From assembly GCA_902597575.1 (NCBI GenBank), contig CACJYF010000001.1, positions 5,324 through 69,323 of the forward strand: 64,000 nt of DNA, in the 5' to 3' direction. The notes under the pieces were generated by a model. It was not told the DNA's origin. It saw only the letters and a program-made list of their open reading frames with translations, and made no database searches. The position numbers and the translations under genes were made by a program. Source of the stretch: an uncultured Pelagibacteraceae bacterium (GTDB taxonomy: Bacteria; Pseudomonadota; Alphaproteobacteria; Pelagibacterales; Pelagibacteraceae). How positions within the stretch are numbered: position 1 is the stretch's first letter; every line of letters begins with the position of its first letter. Shown piece by piece: positions 28,666 through 39,626 of the stretch.

Positions 28666-29033
28666 TTGATAAATTTTGTCAAGTCTGGCTTAAAATAGTT
28701 TGGCCCTTTCATTACTTTGCCATGCTCATTATAAATTGGTTTTCCATTGTCATCCAATTTACTCATATTTGAGTTTTGAACCTCTTCAAAACACTTATCT
28801 AAATTAATACCAAATGCATGGCCCGCACCGTAAGTGACGTAAAGTATATCTGTTAACGCATCTGCAACCTCTAATAAATCTCTATTATTCATTGCCTCTG
28901 TGAGTTCGTTCAATTCTTCTTTTATTAGGTCTACTCTTAATTTGTTGATTTTATCTGTGCTAAATGAGGGTTTATCTTTAACTTCTTGTCCAAAAGTTTT
29001 CATGAAAACTCCAACCTTACTAAAATTTGACAT
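28662..29033 (-). CDS. MazG-like / PRA-PH family nucleoside-triphosphate pyrophosphohydrolase
   Basis: EELNEL, EVADALTDILYV, SNMSK, GKVMKGPNYFKP. Confidence 0.88.
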   Translation of the reverse strand: MSNFSKVGVFMKTFGQEVKDKPSFSTDKINKLRVDLIKEELNELTEAMNNRDLLEVADALTDILYVTYGAGHAFGINLDKCFEEVQNSNMSKLDDNGKPIYNEHGKVMKGPNYFKPDLTKFIN

Positions 29034-29099
29034 AATGCTCCTGTAAGTTTTTTAAAAATAATGTATATTCATAATAATTTATTAATTACTAATTAATCA

Positions 29100-30488
29100 A
29101 TGAAATTAAGAAAAGAATTTGACAGTATAGGATCTATTAATGTTCCTAATGATAAATATTGGGGCGCATCAACTCAGAGATCAAAAAAATATTTTGATAT
29201 TGGCGAATTCCTAGTAAGACCAACGCTAATAAAATCAATAGCAATTATCAAAAAAGCAGCTGCGATAGTTCACGCAAAAGAAAAGCAAATTTCACCGAAT
29301 ATTTCAAAAGCAATTATAAAGGCGTCAAATGAGGTAATTGGAGGAAAATTAGATAATCATTTCCCACTAAAAGTTTGGCAAACAGGTTCTGGTACTCAAA
29401 CAAACATGAATGTTAATGAAGTCATCTCAAATAGAGCTATTGAAATCTTGGGAGGGAAAAAAGGCTCAAAAAAACCTGTGCATCCTAATGATCATGTTAA
29501 TAAATCTCAGTCAACTAATGATGTTTTTCCAACTGCTATGCATATTGCAATAGCTGTAGAAACAAGAAAAAAATTATTACCAGCGTTAGAATTATTGAAT
29601 AAAGATTTAAAAAAGAAAGCCTCTAAATTTAAAAAAATAATAAAAGTAGGAAGGACCCATTTACAAGACGCAACTCCTTTGTCACTTGGACAAGAATTTT
29701 CCGGCTATCAGTCACAACTAGAAGACTGTATCTCAAGAATTAAAAATGCGTTAAATGAAATTTACTTTTTAGCGCAAGGTGGAACTGCTGTTGGAACAGG
29801 TATCAACAGTAAAAAAGGTTTTGATAAAAAAATAATCAATCAAATCAAAAAAATTACAAAAATTCCTTTTAAACCAACGAAAAATAAGTTTGCGGCACTA
29901 GCTGCTCATGATGAAATAGTAAATTTTTCAGGAACACTTAATACTACTGCAGTATGTTTGATGAAGATTGCCAATGACATAAGATTTTTAGGCTCTGGAC
30001 CAAGAGCAGGATATGGGGAATTGATCTTACCAGCTAACGAGCCAGGTTCATCAATAATGCCAGGTAAAGTAAATCCTACTCAATCAGAAGCAGTAACAAT
30101 GGTCTGTGTCAAAGTAATTGGAAATCACAATGGTATTACTATGGCCGGATCACATGGTCACTTTGAATTGAATGTATTTAAACCATTGATTGCCCACAAT
30201 ATTCTTCAATCTATTGATTTGTTATCTGATAGTTCAAAAAATTTTGCATTGTACTGCATTAAAGGTATTAAAGCCGACAAGGTTAAAATTAAAAATTATC
30301 TTGAGAATTCTCTTATGCTGGTCACTGCGCTCGCACCAAAAATTGGATATGATAAAGCTGCCAAAATTGCTAAATCAGCACTTAAAAATGGAACTACTTT
30401 AAAGTCTGAAGCTTTAAAATCGGGTTTAATTGACGAAAAAGAATACGATAAAATTGTTGATCCGAAAAAAATGATCTATCCAACATAA
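29100..30488 (+). CDS. fumC: Class II fumarate hydratase
   Basis: [32 protein letters not shown]. Confidence 0.98.
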   Translation: MKLRKEFDSIGSINVPNDKYWGASTQRSKKYFDIGEFLVRPTLIKSIAIIKKAAAIVHAKEKQISPNISKAIIKASNEVIGGKLDNHFPLKVWQTGSGTQTNMNVNEVISNRAIEILGGKKGSKKPVHPNDHVNKSQSTNDVFPTAMHIAIAVETRKKLLPALELLNKDLKKKASKFKKIIKVGRTHLQDATPLSLGQEFSGYQSQLEDCISRIKNALNEIYFLAQGGTAVGTGINSKKGFDKKIINQIKKITKIPFKPTKNKFAALAAHDEIVNFSGTLNTTAVCLMKIANDIRFLGSGPRAGYGELILPANEPGSSIMPGKVNPTQSEAVTMVCVKVIGNHNGITMAGSHGHFELNVFKPLIAHNILQSIDLLSDSSKNFALYCIKGIKADKVKIKNYLENSLMLVTALAPKIGYDKAAKIAKSALKNGTTLKSEALKSGLIDEKEYDKIVDPKKMIYPT

Positions 30489-31963
30489 CTACTGAAAAAA
30501 TCTTTTACAAAATTTTTAAAAGTGATTTTATTAAAAAATTTTCTCTCAGATGAATTAAACCTATCAAGAAATTCGTTAAGTTTAACACTAGACTTGTTAT
30601 CAATTTTTACATTATCAAAATTAAATTTATTTTTATTAAAATTATAAACAAAATCTAATTCAAGCTTATTTATTTTTTTTCGATAAATTTTTTTTATTTG
30701 AAATGATTTATAAAAATTATCAATGTTGTTTGGATTAATAACAAGTTTTCCAATTAAGAGAATTTCATCCTTGTCATAACTTAATATACCTTCTTTTAAA
30801 TTAATCTCTAAATCATCCTTCCACATTATTCTTGATTTTGAAAAAGTTATATTTCCTTGGTCTAGATTTAGCTTTAATTTTAAATCATTCAAATAATCAA
30901 TGTTTGTAAGATTACTTACGTTTAAATCAATATTTACATTTAAATTTTTGTTACTGAGAATTTCTGATTTAAGTATTTCAATTAACAAAGAGTCGTTTTT
31001 AAGAATATCCTTTGTATTTATACCATCGTAATTAAAAGAAGCCTCTAAGTAAAAAGGTTTAAAATCAAAACTTCCATTAAAAGTTCTTTTGTCAATTGAA
31101 GAAAAATTCAAAGAATTCTTATTAATTTCGTAAAAAAAAGACTCCTCTTTATTGACAAACAATAGGTCTAATCTACCTTTTTTTATTAAATCCTCATAAT
31201 TTGTATTACTTTCAATATCCAAACCAATCTTTTTTGAATTAAACTTTATGGAAAAATTTTTTTTAAATTTATTATTCTTAAGGTTGATAATGTAAGGAAT
31301 GTTGAAAATTTCATTTTTTGAAACTAAGACGTTTTCTAAATTGTAAGAGTCAAAATAAAATTTACTATCATTTATCTTATTTAAAAATAACAATTCTTCA
31401 TTCAAATTTTTAAAAAAAATATTACTTTTTTTAAAAATTATATTATTTTCGTTTGGCTCCATTTTAAGAAATGTTTCAAAGAAAAGTAAATCGTTTTTAT
31501 TTAAATCAAAATCTGTTTTGTTTAAAACTAGGTCTTTAATCTCTAAGTTATCTATAGAAAAAAGATTTCCAAAATCAATAAATGCTTTAAAATTTTGAAC
31601 AACGCCTATCTCCCTTTTGTTATTTAAAATTGACAAATTTTTGCTTATGAAGTGGGGCTTTGGAAGTAGGCCGTATCTGATTTTTTCATTAAATTTTATG
31701 TCGAAATTATATTTCTTTAAAATTTGATTCTTTATTTCAACTTTAGCTATATCTTTATCGTATAAAGTTGGTAATAAAAAATAGCTCAGTGTCAAAATAA
31801 GAATTGCTGACAAACTAAAAAAAACTCTATTATTAGCGAGAATATTGTTTTTTTTTGGATATTTTTTGAGAAAATTTAGTTTACTAAAATAGCTTTCTAA
31901 TAAGTTATTTATTGATAAAAATCTTTGCTTAAGTTTTTTTGAAATTAAATTAATTTTATTCAT
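30476..31963 (-). CDS. Membrane-anchored hypothetical protein, AsmA-like
   Basis: N-terminal TM then LLPKPH pattern and a long beta-rich body; very K/N-rich. Confidence 0.5.
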   Translation of the reverse strand: MNKINLISKKLKQRFLSINNLLESYFSKLNFLKKYPKKNNILANNRVFFSLSAILILTLSYFLLPTLYDKDIAKVEIKNQILKKYNFDIKFNEKIRYGLLPKPHFISKNLSILNNKREIGVVQNFKAFIDFGNLFSIDNLEIKDLVLNKTDFDLNKNDLLFFETFLKMEPNENNIIFKKSNIFFKNLNEELLFLNKINDSKFYFDSYNLENVLVSKNEIFNIPYIINLKNNKFKKNFSIKFNSKKIGLDIESNTNYEDLIKKGRLDLLFVNKEESFFYEINKNSLNFSSIDKRTFNGSFDFKPFYLEASFNYDGINTKDILKNDSLLIEILKSEILSNKNLNVNIDLNVSNLTNIDYLNDLKLKLNLDQGNITFSKSRIMWKDDLEINLKEGILSYDKDEILLIGKLVINPNNIDNFYKSFQIKKIYRKKINKLELDFVYNFNKNKFNFDNVKIDNKSSVKLNEFLDRFNSSERKFFNKITFKNFVKDFFSSYVG

Positions 31964-31996
31964 TATTTTGGACCAACTTATAATAAATTATATAAA

Positions 31997-34036
31997 ATGG
32001 TAAACTCTGATTATTTAAAAAATCTCAATAAAGCTCAAAAAGAGGCGGTTACACATCTCGATGGACCTCTGCTAATTGTTGCAGGTGCAGGATCAGGTAA
32101 AACTAAGGTTCTCACAACGAGAATTGCAAATATAATTAAAGAAAAAAAGGCTTTTCCAAATGAAATCCTGGCAGTTACCTTTACCAATAAAGCTGCAAAA
32201 GAGATGCAAAATCGAGTAAGCCAAATTTTAGGTTCTTATGCGGTTGGATTATCCTGGCTAGGTACTTTTCACTCAATCTGTGCAAAATTATTAAGAAAAC
32301 ACGCAGCTGCAGTCAACCTAAATTCAAATTTTACTATTATTGATACAGATGACCAGGCCAGATTAATTAAAAATATTTGCAAAGCTGAAAATGTGGATGT
32401 AAAGAAATTGTCACCTAAATATATTTTAGCAATAATTGATAAATGGAAAAATAGAGGATTTTATCCTGATGAAGTAAATATCAACAAAAAAGATATTTAT
32501 GAGAAGATAATTTTACCAATATATAAAATTTATCAACAAAAACTTACTGATCTCAACTCATGTGACTTTGGTGATTTAATTTTGCATTCATTAAAAATTT
32601 TAGAAAAAAATGTTGATATTAGAGAGTTATATAAAAAAAATTTTAAATATATTTTGGTAGATGAATATCAAGATACAAATTTTGTTCAAAGCAAATGGCT
32701 TAAACTCTTAGTGGGAAACAATCAAAACATTTGTTGTGTTGGTGATGATGATCAGTCAATTTATAGTTGGAGAGGAGCAGAAATAAAAAACTTTTTAGAA
32801 TTTGATAAAATTTATAAAAATACGAAAGTTATTAGGCTTGAGCAAAATTACAGATCTACACAAAATATTTTATCGGTAGCATCAGATTTAATTTCGAATA
32901 ATGAAAATCGTGTAGGCAAAACACTTGAAACAACTATGGAAGATGGCGACTTGGTAAATTTGAATTGTTTTAAAAGTGGTAAAGATGAAGCCATAGGAAT
33001 TTCAGATGAAATAGAACAAATAAAAAAAAATTTTTCACTTAATAACATTGCTATACTAGTAAGAGCAATTTTTCAAACTAGAGAATTTGAGGAAAGATTT
33101 TTAAAAATAGGAATGCCTTATAGAATACTTGGTGGAATAAAATTTTATGAAAGAGCAGAAATAAAGGACTGTATTGCCTATCTTCGTTTAATTTATCAAG
33201 AAAAGGATGATCTTGCTTTTGAAAGAATTGTTAATAATCCAAAAAGATCAATCGGTGAAACTACACTTAAAGAAATACACAGTTTTTCAAAAAATAATTT
33301 ACTCTGTTTAGAAATATCTTCAAAAAAAATGATTGATCAAAATTTAATAAAACCTAAAGCAAAGATTGGTTTAACGATTTTTTTAGATTTAATAGACAAA
33401 TGGAGAAATGATTTTAAACTTAAAAATATTAATCATGTCAAATTACTTCAACTAGTTCTTGATGAGTCAGGGTACTCTGCGATGCTTAAAAATAAAAAAG
33501 ACTTAGAAAATGAGAATAGACTTGAAAATATCAAAGAACTTTTAAGTGCCATGAAAGAATTTGACAATTTAGAAAGTTTCTTAGAGCATGTTGCACTAGC
33601 TACTTCAATTGATCAAAATTGGGATGGTGAAAAAATAAATATGATGACCATGCATGCGGCCAAGGGTCTAGAATTTGATGTTGTTTTTTTACCCGGTTGG
33701 GAAGAAGGTCTTTTCCCACATCAAAAATCTATTGAAGAAAAAGGACAAAATGGTTTAGAGGAAGAAAGAAGGCTAGCTTATGTTGGTATAACTAGAGCTA
33801 AAAAAAAATTGAATATATCCTTTTCAATGAACAGATTTTATCAAGGTGACTGGATTGATAGTTTAGCATCAAGATTTGTTAGTGAACTTCCTGAAAAATT
33901 TATAGAAAAAAATTCTTATTTTGATCGCGATAAAGACGAAATAGAGGATTTTGAATTTAACCAAGATCTAGATTTTGATAATAACGATAATATAAGAAGT
34001 CCAGGATGGATTAGATATCAAAAAAAACTAAAATGA
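31997..34036 (+). CDS. uvrD: ATP-dependent DNA helicase UvrD/PcrA
   Basis: AGAGSGKT, VDEYQD, VGDDDQSIY, LEQNYRS, HAAKGLEF, EERRLAYV. Confidence 0.95.
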   Translation: MVNSDYLKNLNKAQKEAVTHLDGPLLIVAGAGSGKTKVLTTRIANIIKEKKAFPNEILAVTFTNKAAKEMQNRVSQILGSYAVGLSWLGTFHSICAKLLRKHAAAVNLNSNFTIIDTDDQARLIKNICKAENVDVKKLSPKYILAIIDKWKNRGFYPDEVNINKKDIYEKIILPIYKIYQQKLTDLNSCDFGDLILHSLKILEKNVDIRELYKKNFKYILVDEYQDTNFVQSKWLKLLVGNNQNICCVGDDDQSIYSWRGAEIKNFLEFDKIYKNTKVIRLEQNYRSTQNILSVASDLISNNENRVGKTLETTMEDGDLVNLNCFKSGKDEAIGISDEIEQIKKNFSLNNIAILVRAIFQTREFEERFLKIGMPYRILGGIKFYERAEIKDCIAYLRLIYQEKDDLAFERIVNNPKRSIGETTLKEIHSFSKNNLLCLEISSKKMIDQNLIKPKAKIGLTIFLDLIDKWRNDFKLKNINHVKLLQLVLDESGYSAMLKNKKDLENENRLENIKELLSAMKEFDNLESFLEHVALATSIDQNWDGEKINMMTMHAAKGLEFDVVFLPGWEEGLFPHQKSIEEKGQNGLEEERRLAYVGITRAKKKLNISFSMNRFYQGDWIDSLASRFVSELPEKFIEKNSYFDRDKDEIEDFEFNQDLDFDNNDNIRSPGWIRYQKKLK

Positions 34037-35733
34037 TTAAAAAAAGGTTAAAAATATTAAAAAAAAAATTTAATTCATTTGGTATAGATGGATACGTAGT
34101 ACCCAAAAATGATGAGTTTTTCTCAGAATATTCTAACAAAGATAGGCTCAAAATAATTTCAAATTTTAGTGGTTCTGCAGGATATGCGGTAGTCTTGAAA
34201 AACAAAAATTATCTATTTGTAGATGGAAGATATTCTATTCAAGCGCAAATAGAATCGGGAAGTAATTTTGTTATCAAAAATTTAAATGAAATTTTAAATT
34301 GTAAGTTATTTAAGAATATCACACTTGGTATAGATCCTAAAATATTTACATCTAACGAAATAAATAAATTTTTTTTAAAATTTAACAATGTAAAAGTTAT
34401 TAGTCTCAACTTAGTTGATGAGATTTACAATAAATATAAAAAAAAAATAAAGCCCTTTTATTCTATTAAAAAAAAAATTGTGGGAGAAAGTCATTTGAAA
34501 AAAATAAATAAAGTTTCTAGTATCTTGAAAAAAAGCAAAATAGATTATTTGTTACTAAGCGCGCCAGAAAATGTCGCATGGCTTTTGAATATAAGAGGTC
34601 ATGATAATCCAACTAGTCCAATACCCAATTGTCGTCTACTTTTGTTTAAGAATAAAAAGTTTTTTATAATTTGTGAAAGAAAGAAATTATTAAGATTAGT
34701 TAAAGAAAGAAAAATTACCCAAGACCAAATAATAAACCCATTAAAATTAACAAGTTTTTTTAGTAAAATCAAAAAAGGAAAATTCATAATTGATAAGAAA
34801 ACATGTTCAATATTCTATAGGGACTCATTGATTAATAATAATCACAAAATTATTAGTGAAAATGACCCAACATATTTAATGAAATCAATTAAAAACAAAA
34901 ATGAAATTAACAATATGATTAATGCCCACATAGAGGATGGTGTGGCTTTAACAAAATTTTTACATTGGATCAAAGTACTAAATAAAAAGAAAATTACTGA
35001 AGTTGACGCACAAAACAAACTAGAAAAATTTAGAAGGATAAATAAAAATTATTTATTTCCAAGTTTTAGTACAATTGCTGGTTCAGGAGCAAATGGAGCA
35101 ATAATTCACTATAGGGCAACAAAGAAAAATACAAAAAAAATTAATAAAAAAGATCTATTTTTATTTGACTCGGGTGGTCAATACAAATATGGAACTACGG
35201 ATGTGACAAGAACTATATGTTTCTCTAAACCTACTCATTATGTAAAAAATATTTTTACAAAAGTTTTGAAAGGACACATCGCTGTTGTATCATCAAATTT
35301 TAAATCTCATTATAATGGTAAATTAATTGACAAAAGAGCTAGAGCCTTTCTCAAAACTAGTGGTCTTGATTACGAACACGGAACAGGTCATGGTGTTGGA
35401 TTTTTCTCAAATGTTCACGAAGGCCCTCAAGCAATTTCAAAGTCTAATACAATAAAATTACAAGAAGGTATGATTTTGAGTAATGAGCCTGGATATTATA
35501 AAAAAGGTAAATTTGGTATAAGGTTAGAAAATTTACTATATATAAAAAAATATAATAAAAAGTTGTTTTTTGTAAATCTAACCTTGGCGCCTTTTGATAA
35601 GGATTTAATCAATTTCAAACTTCTCAATAAAAAAGAAAAAAATTATCTTTTTAATTATCACCTAAGTATCTATTTGAAATTATCAAAATACCTGAATAAA
35701 AAAGAGAAAAAATGGTTAGCTGGTTTTATTTAA
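34033..35733 (+). CDS. Xaa-Pro aminopeptidase (M24B)
   Basis: DGRY, DSGGQY..GTTDVTRT, HGTGHGVG, HEGP, NEPGYY, GIRLEN. Confidence 0.93.
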   Translation: MIKKRLKILKKKFNSFGIDGYVVPKNDEFFSEYSNKDRLKIISNFSGSAGYAVVLKNKNYLFVDGRYSIQAQIESGSNFVIKNLNEILNCKLFKNITLGIDPKIFTSNEINKFFLKFNNVKVISLNLVDEIYNKYKKKIKPFYSIKKKIVGESHLKKINKVSSILKKSKIDYLLLSAPENVAWLLNIRGHDNPTSPIPNCRLLLFKNKKFFIICERKKLLRLVKERKITQDQIINPLKLTSFFSKIKKGKFIIDKKTCSIFYRDSLINNNHKIISENDPTYLMKSIKNKNEINNMINAHIEDGVALTKFLHWIKVLNKKKITEVDAQNKLEKFRRINKNYLFPSFSTIAGSGANGAIIHYRATKKNTKKINKKDLFLFDSGGQYKYGTTDVTRTICFSKPTHYVKNIFTKVLKGHIAVVSSNFKSHYNGKLIDKRARAFLKTSGLDYEHGTGHGVGFFSNVHEGPQAISKSNTIKLQEGMILSNEPGYYKKGKFGIRLENLLYIKKYNKKLFFVNLTLAPFDKDLINFKLLNKKEKNYLFNYHLSIYLKLSKYLNKKEKKWLAGFI

Positions 35734-37755
35734 CATATTCAACCATTCGGCCTGGGACAATATTTTTATTTTCAAATCTTTAGCTGAGTCTATTTTTCTT
35801 TTTGTTGGTTTCTCACCTATTATTAGATAATCAAGTTTTTTTGAAACATTGCTTATAATTGATCCAGAATTTTCCTCTATTAAAGACTTTGCTTCCGCTC
35901 TGCTTATACCCTCAAGCTTACCCGTAATCATAAAAGTTTTATTATTTAATAAACCATTACTTTTTGCTAAAACAGCATCTTTAACATCTACTAATTCGCT
36001 TAATTCCTGTATCATTTTTAGATTAATATTGTTTGAAAAAAAATTTTTTATTGAATTAATTTGTGTTTCACCAATACCATCTATATTAATTAAATCATTA
36101 AATTTTTTTGTTTTAGACAATAAAAGAAAATTTTTTATAGAGAATAGATTTTTTGAAATCAACTTTGCATTCTCCAAACCTATATGTCTTATTCCTAAAG
36201 CAAAAATAAATTTTTCAAATGGAATTGTTCTTTTAATATTTATTGAATATTTTAGATTTGAAACAGATTGTTTACCCCACCCATCTAGATTTTCTATGAC
36301 AGAATAATCTAATTTAAATATATCCTGAGGTAATCGAATTAAATTTAATTTCCAGAAATTTTCAACAATTTTTTTTCCAAACCCGTCTATATTGAATGCT
36401 TCTTTAGATACAAAATGCTTAATTTTTTCAATAGCAATCTTCTCACATTCAAAACCTTCACTAGTACATCGCCTTACTGCATCCTCTTTTTTTGTAATGG
36501 AATTATACTCTTTAATAGTTTTTGATCCGCATGAGGGACAATTTAATGGAAAGACAAATTTTTTTGATCCATCATTTCTCTGTTTTAAGTCTACTGAAAT
36601 CACATGTGGTATTACATCACCAGCTCTTTCAATCAAAACAGTATCGCCAATTCTTATATCTTTACGGATTATTTCTTCTTCATTATGTAATGTTGCGTTA
36701 GAGACCACTACTCCACCAATATTAATTGGTTTAATTTTAGCGACTGGTGTTAATGCTCCTGTTCTGCCTACTTGAATTTCAATATTTTCTATTTTTGAGA
36801 TTCCGTTATTAGCAGAGAATTTATGTGCAATGGCCCATCTAGGTGCATTAGCAACATTGCCTAATCTTTTTTGTAATTGAAAATCATTAATTTTGTATAC
36901 AATACCGTCTATGTCAAAATCTATACTTCCCCTTTTATTTTCAATATCATGATAATTTTTCATCAAATTTTTAATACCTTTTATAGTTTTGTTTAAAGGA
37001 TTAGTTTTAAAACCCCATTCTTTAAGTTTTTTTAAAAATTCACTTTGTTTATTAATTTTTAATCCTTTTTGATAACCAAAAGTATATGCAATGAATTTTA
37101 AAGGGATTCTTTTTGTTTCATGAGGATTTTTCTGTCTCAAAGAGCCTGAAGCAGCATTTCGTGGATTTGCAAATTTTCCAGTTAGTTTTTTAAAATCATT
37201 ATTTTGTATGAATATTTCTCCTCTAATTTCTATATCATCCGGAAAGTCTTTTGATAAAATTCTTTGTGGGATATCGCTTACTGTTTTCAAATTTTCTGTT
37301 ATATCTTCTCCTTCTTTACCGTCTCCTCTCGATAGTCCAGTAGTGAAAACACCATCCTTATACGATAATGAAGCTGAAATCCCATCAATTTTTGGTTCAG
37401 CACTATACTCAAGTAGTGACCGATCTTTTTGATTTAGATAATTTGTAATTTTTTTTTCAAAATTATTTAAATCATCTTGATCGAAAGCGTTAGCAAGTGA
37501 AAGCATAGGAACTCTATGTAAGACTTTTTCAAAGTTCTTAGAGGGTTTAAATCCTATTACTAAAGAGGGTGAATTCTTATTTTTAAGCTCAGAATATTCA
37601 CTTTCAAGTTTTAAAATATCTTTTTTGAGAGCATCGTATTCTGCATCGTCAACTATTGGATCATTATGTTCATAATAAAACTTATTGAATTTAACTAATT
37701 TTCGGATTTTTCTATCATACTCTTTTTTAATTTCTTTTTTTTTCATCTTACTCAA
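35716..37755 (-). CDS. ligA: NAD-dependent DNA ligase
   Basis: EPKIDG, RGDGKEGED, NPRNAASGS, Zn finger, BRCT. Confidence 0.98.
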   Translation of the reverse strand: MSKMKKKEIKKEYDRKIRKLVKFNKFYYEHNDPIVDDAEYDALKKDILKLESEYSELKNKNSPSLVIGFKPSKNFEKVLHRVPMLSLANAFDQDDLNNFEKKITNYLNQKDRSLLEYSAEPKIDGISASLSYKDGVFTTGLSRGDGKEGEDITENLKTVSDIPQRILSKDFPDDIEIRGEIFIQNNDFKKLTGKFANPRNAASGSLRQKNPHETKRIPLKFIAYTFGYQKGLKINKQSEFLKKLKEWGFKTNPLNKTIKGIKNLMKNYHDIENKRGSIDFDIDGIVYKINDFQLQKRLGNVANAPRWAIAHKFSANNGISKIENIEIQVGRTGALTPVAKIKPINIGGVVVSNATLHNEEEIIRKDIRIGDTVLIERAGDVIPHVISVDLKQRNDGSKKFVFPLNCPSCGSKTIKEYNSITKKEDAVRRCTSEGFECEKIAIEKIKHFVSKEAFNIDGFGKKIVENFWKLNLIRLPQDIFKLDYSVIENLDGWGKQSVSNLKYSINIKRTIPFEKFIFALGIRHIGLENAKLISKNLFSIKNFLLLSKTKKFNDLINIDGIGETQINSIKNFFSNNINLKMIQELSELVDVKDAVLAKSNGLLNNKTFMITGKLEGISRAEAKSLIEENSGSIISNVSKKLDYLIIGEKPTKRKIDSAKDLKIKILSQAEWLNMLNKTS

Positions 37756-38596
37756 AAAGAGCTCTAAATCTTTTTAGTCTTTTTTTATTCTTTTTTTTAA
37801 TATCTTGTAATCTACTTTTTTTTCTAATCTTGTAATTTTCATTAAACAAACTGTATGTATTTTGATACCATTCAGATGAACCATAGTTATAACCAAGAAG
37901 TTGTGCATATTTTTCAGCCTCTTCGATTAGGCCAATTGTATAATGGACTTCTACCAATCTATGTAATGCTTCAGCAGTATAAATTGTAGTATCATAATCA
38001 TCTATTACAGTCCTAAAACGATTAATTGCTGATATCCACTTTTTTCTATCAAAATAATATCTACCTATATACATTTCTTTAGATGCTAAGATATCATTAA
38101 TCAAACTCATCTTAAATTCTGCATCCAGAGCATATTCCGTATTAGGATATTTATTTAAAATAAAATCAAATTTTATTTTAGCATTTTTAATTGACTGCAA
38201 ATCTTTTTTTTCATCAACTATTTGTTCAAAATAACTTATACCCATAAGATAATGAGCATACGGAATATCTTTATGAAAAGGGTAAACTCTTAGAAATCTG
38301 TCTAACTCAGCGATAGTGTCAGCATAATAATCTTGAGTATAATATGAATAAGCTGCCATTAAAGCAGATCTAGGAGCTAAATCAGATTGTGGAAATAGTG
38401 TTTCAACCTCATTAAATTTCTTTGCAGCAAACAAAACATCACCACCTTCAAGCGCATCTTTACCAATGTCATAAGCCTCTAAAACCTGAAGCTCTAAACT
38501 TTTTTCTTTAATCGACGTATTTTCAATATTATCTTTAGCACAAGAAACAAGAATTAATAAGGATAAAAAAAAATAAAGAGCTCTAGAAATTAACAT
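37748..38596 (-). CDS. bamD: Outer membrane assembly lipoprotein BamD
   Basis: Lipobox LVSC, TPR helices, AINRF, EALHRLVE; lpxC-bamD-ligA context. Confidence 0.92.
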   Translation of the reverse strand: MLISRALYFFLSLLILVSCAKDNIENTSIKEKSLELQVLEAYDIGKDALEGGDVLFAAKKFNEVETLFPQSDLAPRSALMAAYSYYTQDYYADTIAELDRFLRVYPFHKDIPYAHYLMGISYFEQIVDEKKDLQSIKNAKIKFDFILNKYPNTEYALDAEFKMSLINDILASKEMYIGRYYFDRKKWISAINRFRTVIDDYDTTIYTAEALHRLVEVHYTIGLIEEAEKYAQLLGYNYGSSEWYQNTYSLFNENYKIRKKSRLQDIKKKNKKRLKRFRALFE

Positions 38597-38642
38597 TTTG
38601 CTTTTATATAATTTAAAACGTTAATTTAAAAGAACAATATGT

Positions 38643-39563
38643 TTAAGCTATAGATCTAAATAATCTTTTATTTATTAATGAATGAGGAAGATTTCTCTCT
38701 TGAATTTCAATTATTGAAAAATTATCTTTATTTTCAAATACTTTTTTTAAGAGTTGATTGGTCATAAAATGTCCACCTTGAGAACATTTTATGCTAGCTA
38801 TCATTCTATAACCGGATGTGTATAGGTCTCCCACACAATCGAGTATCTTATGATTAACAAATTCCAATGGATTTCTCAAACCATCTTTATTTAAAACTTT
38901 ATCATCTTTAACCACAATAGCATTTTCTAAGCTACCGCCTTTTGCAAGACCATTCTGTCTAATTTTTTCTACGTCTTCGTATAGACAAAATGTTCTTGAA
39001 TTAAAAATATCAGTCAGATCATCCTCATAAACATTTATTTTATTTTTTTGATTTCCAATAACAGGATTGTGATATCTTAATTCAAAATCGATATCTAAAC
39101 TTAATTTTGATGGCTCAATAGATATGAACTTTTCATTTTCTCTATAAATTATCTTTTTATTAATCTTAATTATTTTGATCGGCGCTTCACTATTCTTTAG
39201 CCCTGATATTAATATCTTTTCTATAAATTTTTTTGCTGAACCATCTAAAATTGGCACTTCTTCACTATCAATTTCTATTAAAACATTATCCACACCAAGA
39301 CCAAACAAAGCTCCCATTAAGTGTTCTATAGTAGAAACCTTAACACCATATTCATTAGAAATTGTAGTGTTTAGAACAGTATTATTTACATTAGAAAAAT
39401 TTGGAAAAACTATGTTATTTGTTTTTAAGTCAGTCCTTTTAAAAATTATTCCCGAATTTGGTTCAGATGGTTTCAAAGAGATATTTGAGATTTTTCCACT
39501 GTGTAAGCCTATTCCATTAAAATTTACAGGGCTTCTTAAAGTTTTTTGATTTAATAATTTCAC
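38643..39563 (-). CDS. lpxC: UDP-3-O-acyl-GlcNAc deacetylase
   Basis: GIGLHSG, TIEHLM, PILDGS, HKILD; likely GTG start at 39563. Confidence 0.96.
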   Translation of the reverse strand: MKLLNQKTLRSPVNFNGIGLHSGKISNISLKPSEPNSGIIFKRTDLKTNNIVFPNFSNVNNTVLNTTISNEYGVKVSTIEHLMGALFGLGVDNVLIEIDSEEVPILDGSAKKFIEKILISGLKNSEAPIKIIKINKKIIYRENEKFISIEPSKLSLDIDFELRYHNPVIGNQKNKINVYEDDLTDIFNSRTFCLYEDVEKIRQNGLAKGGSLENAIVVKDDKVLNKDGLRNPLEFVNHKILDCVGDLYTSGYRMIASIKCSQGGHFMTNQLLKKVFENKDNFSIIEIQERNLPHSLINKRLFRSIA

Positions 39564-39626
39564 AAAGAAACTTTTATTATCCAGATCAAATGATTTAAAT
39601 ACAACAAATGTTACTAGAAAATACAA

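Noticed and set aside
39286-39294. Second TTATCCACA DnaA box
   Set aside because: Inside lpxC, explained by codons (GVDNV), and isolated
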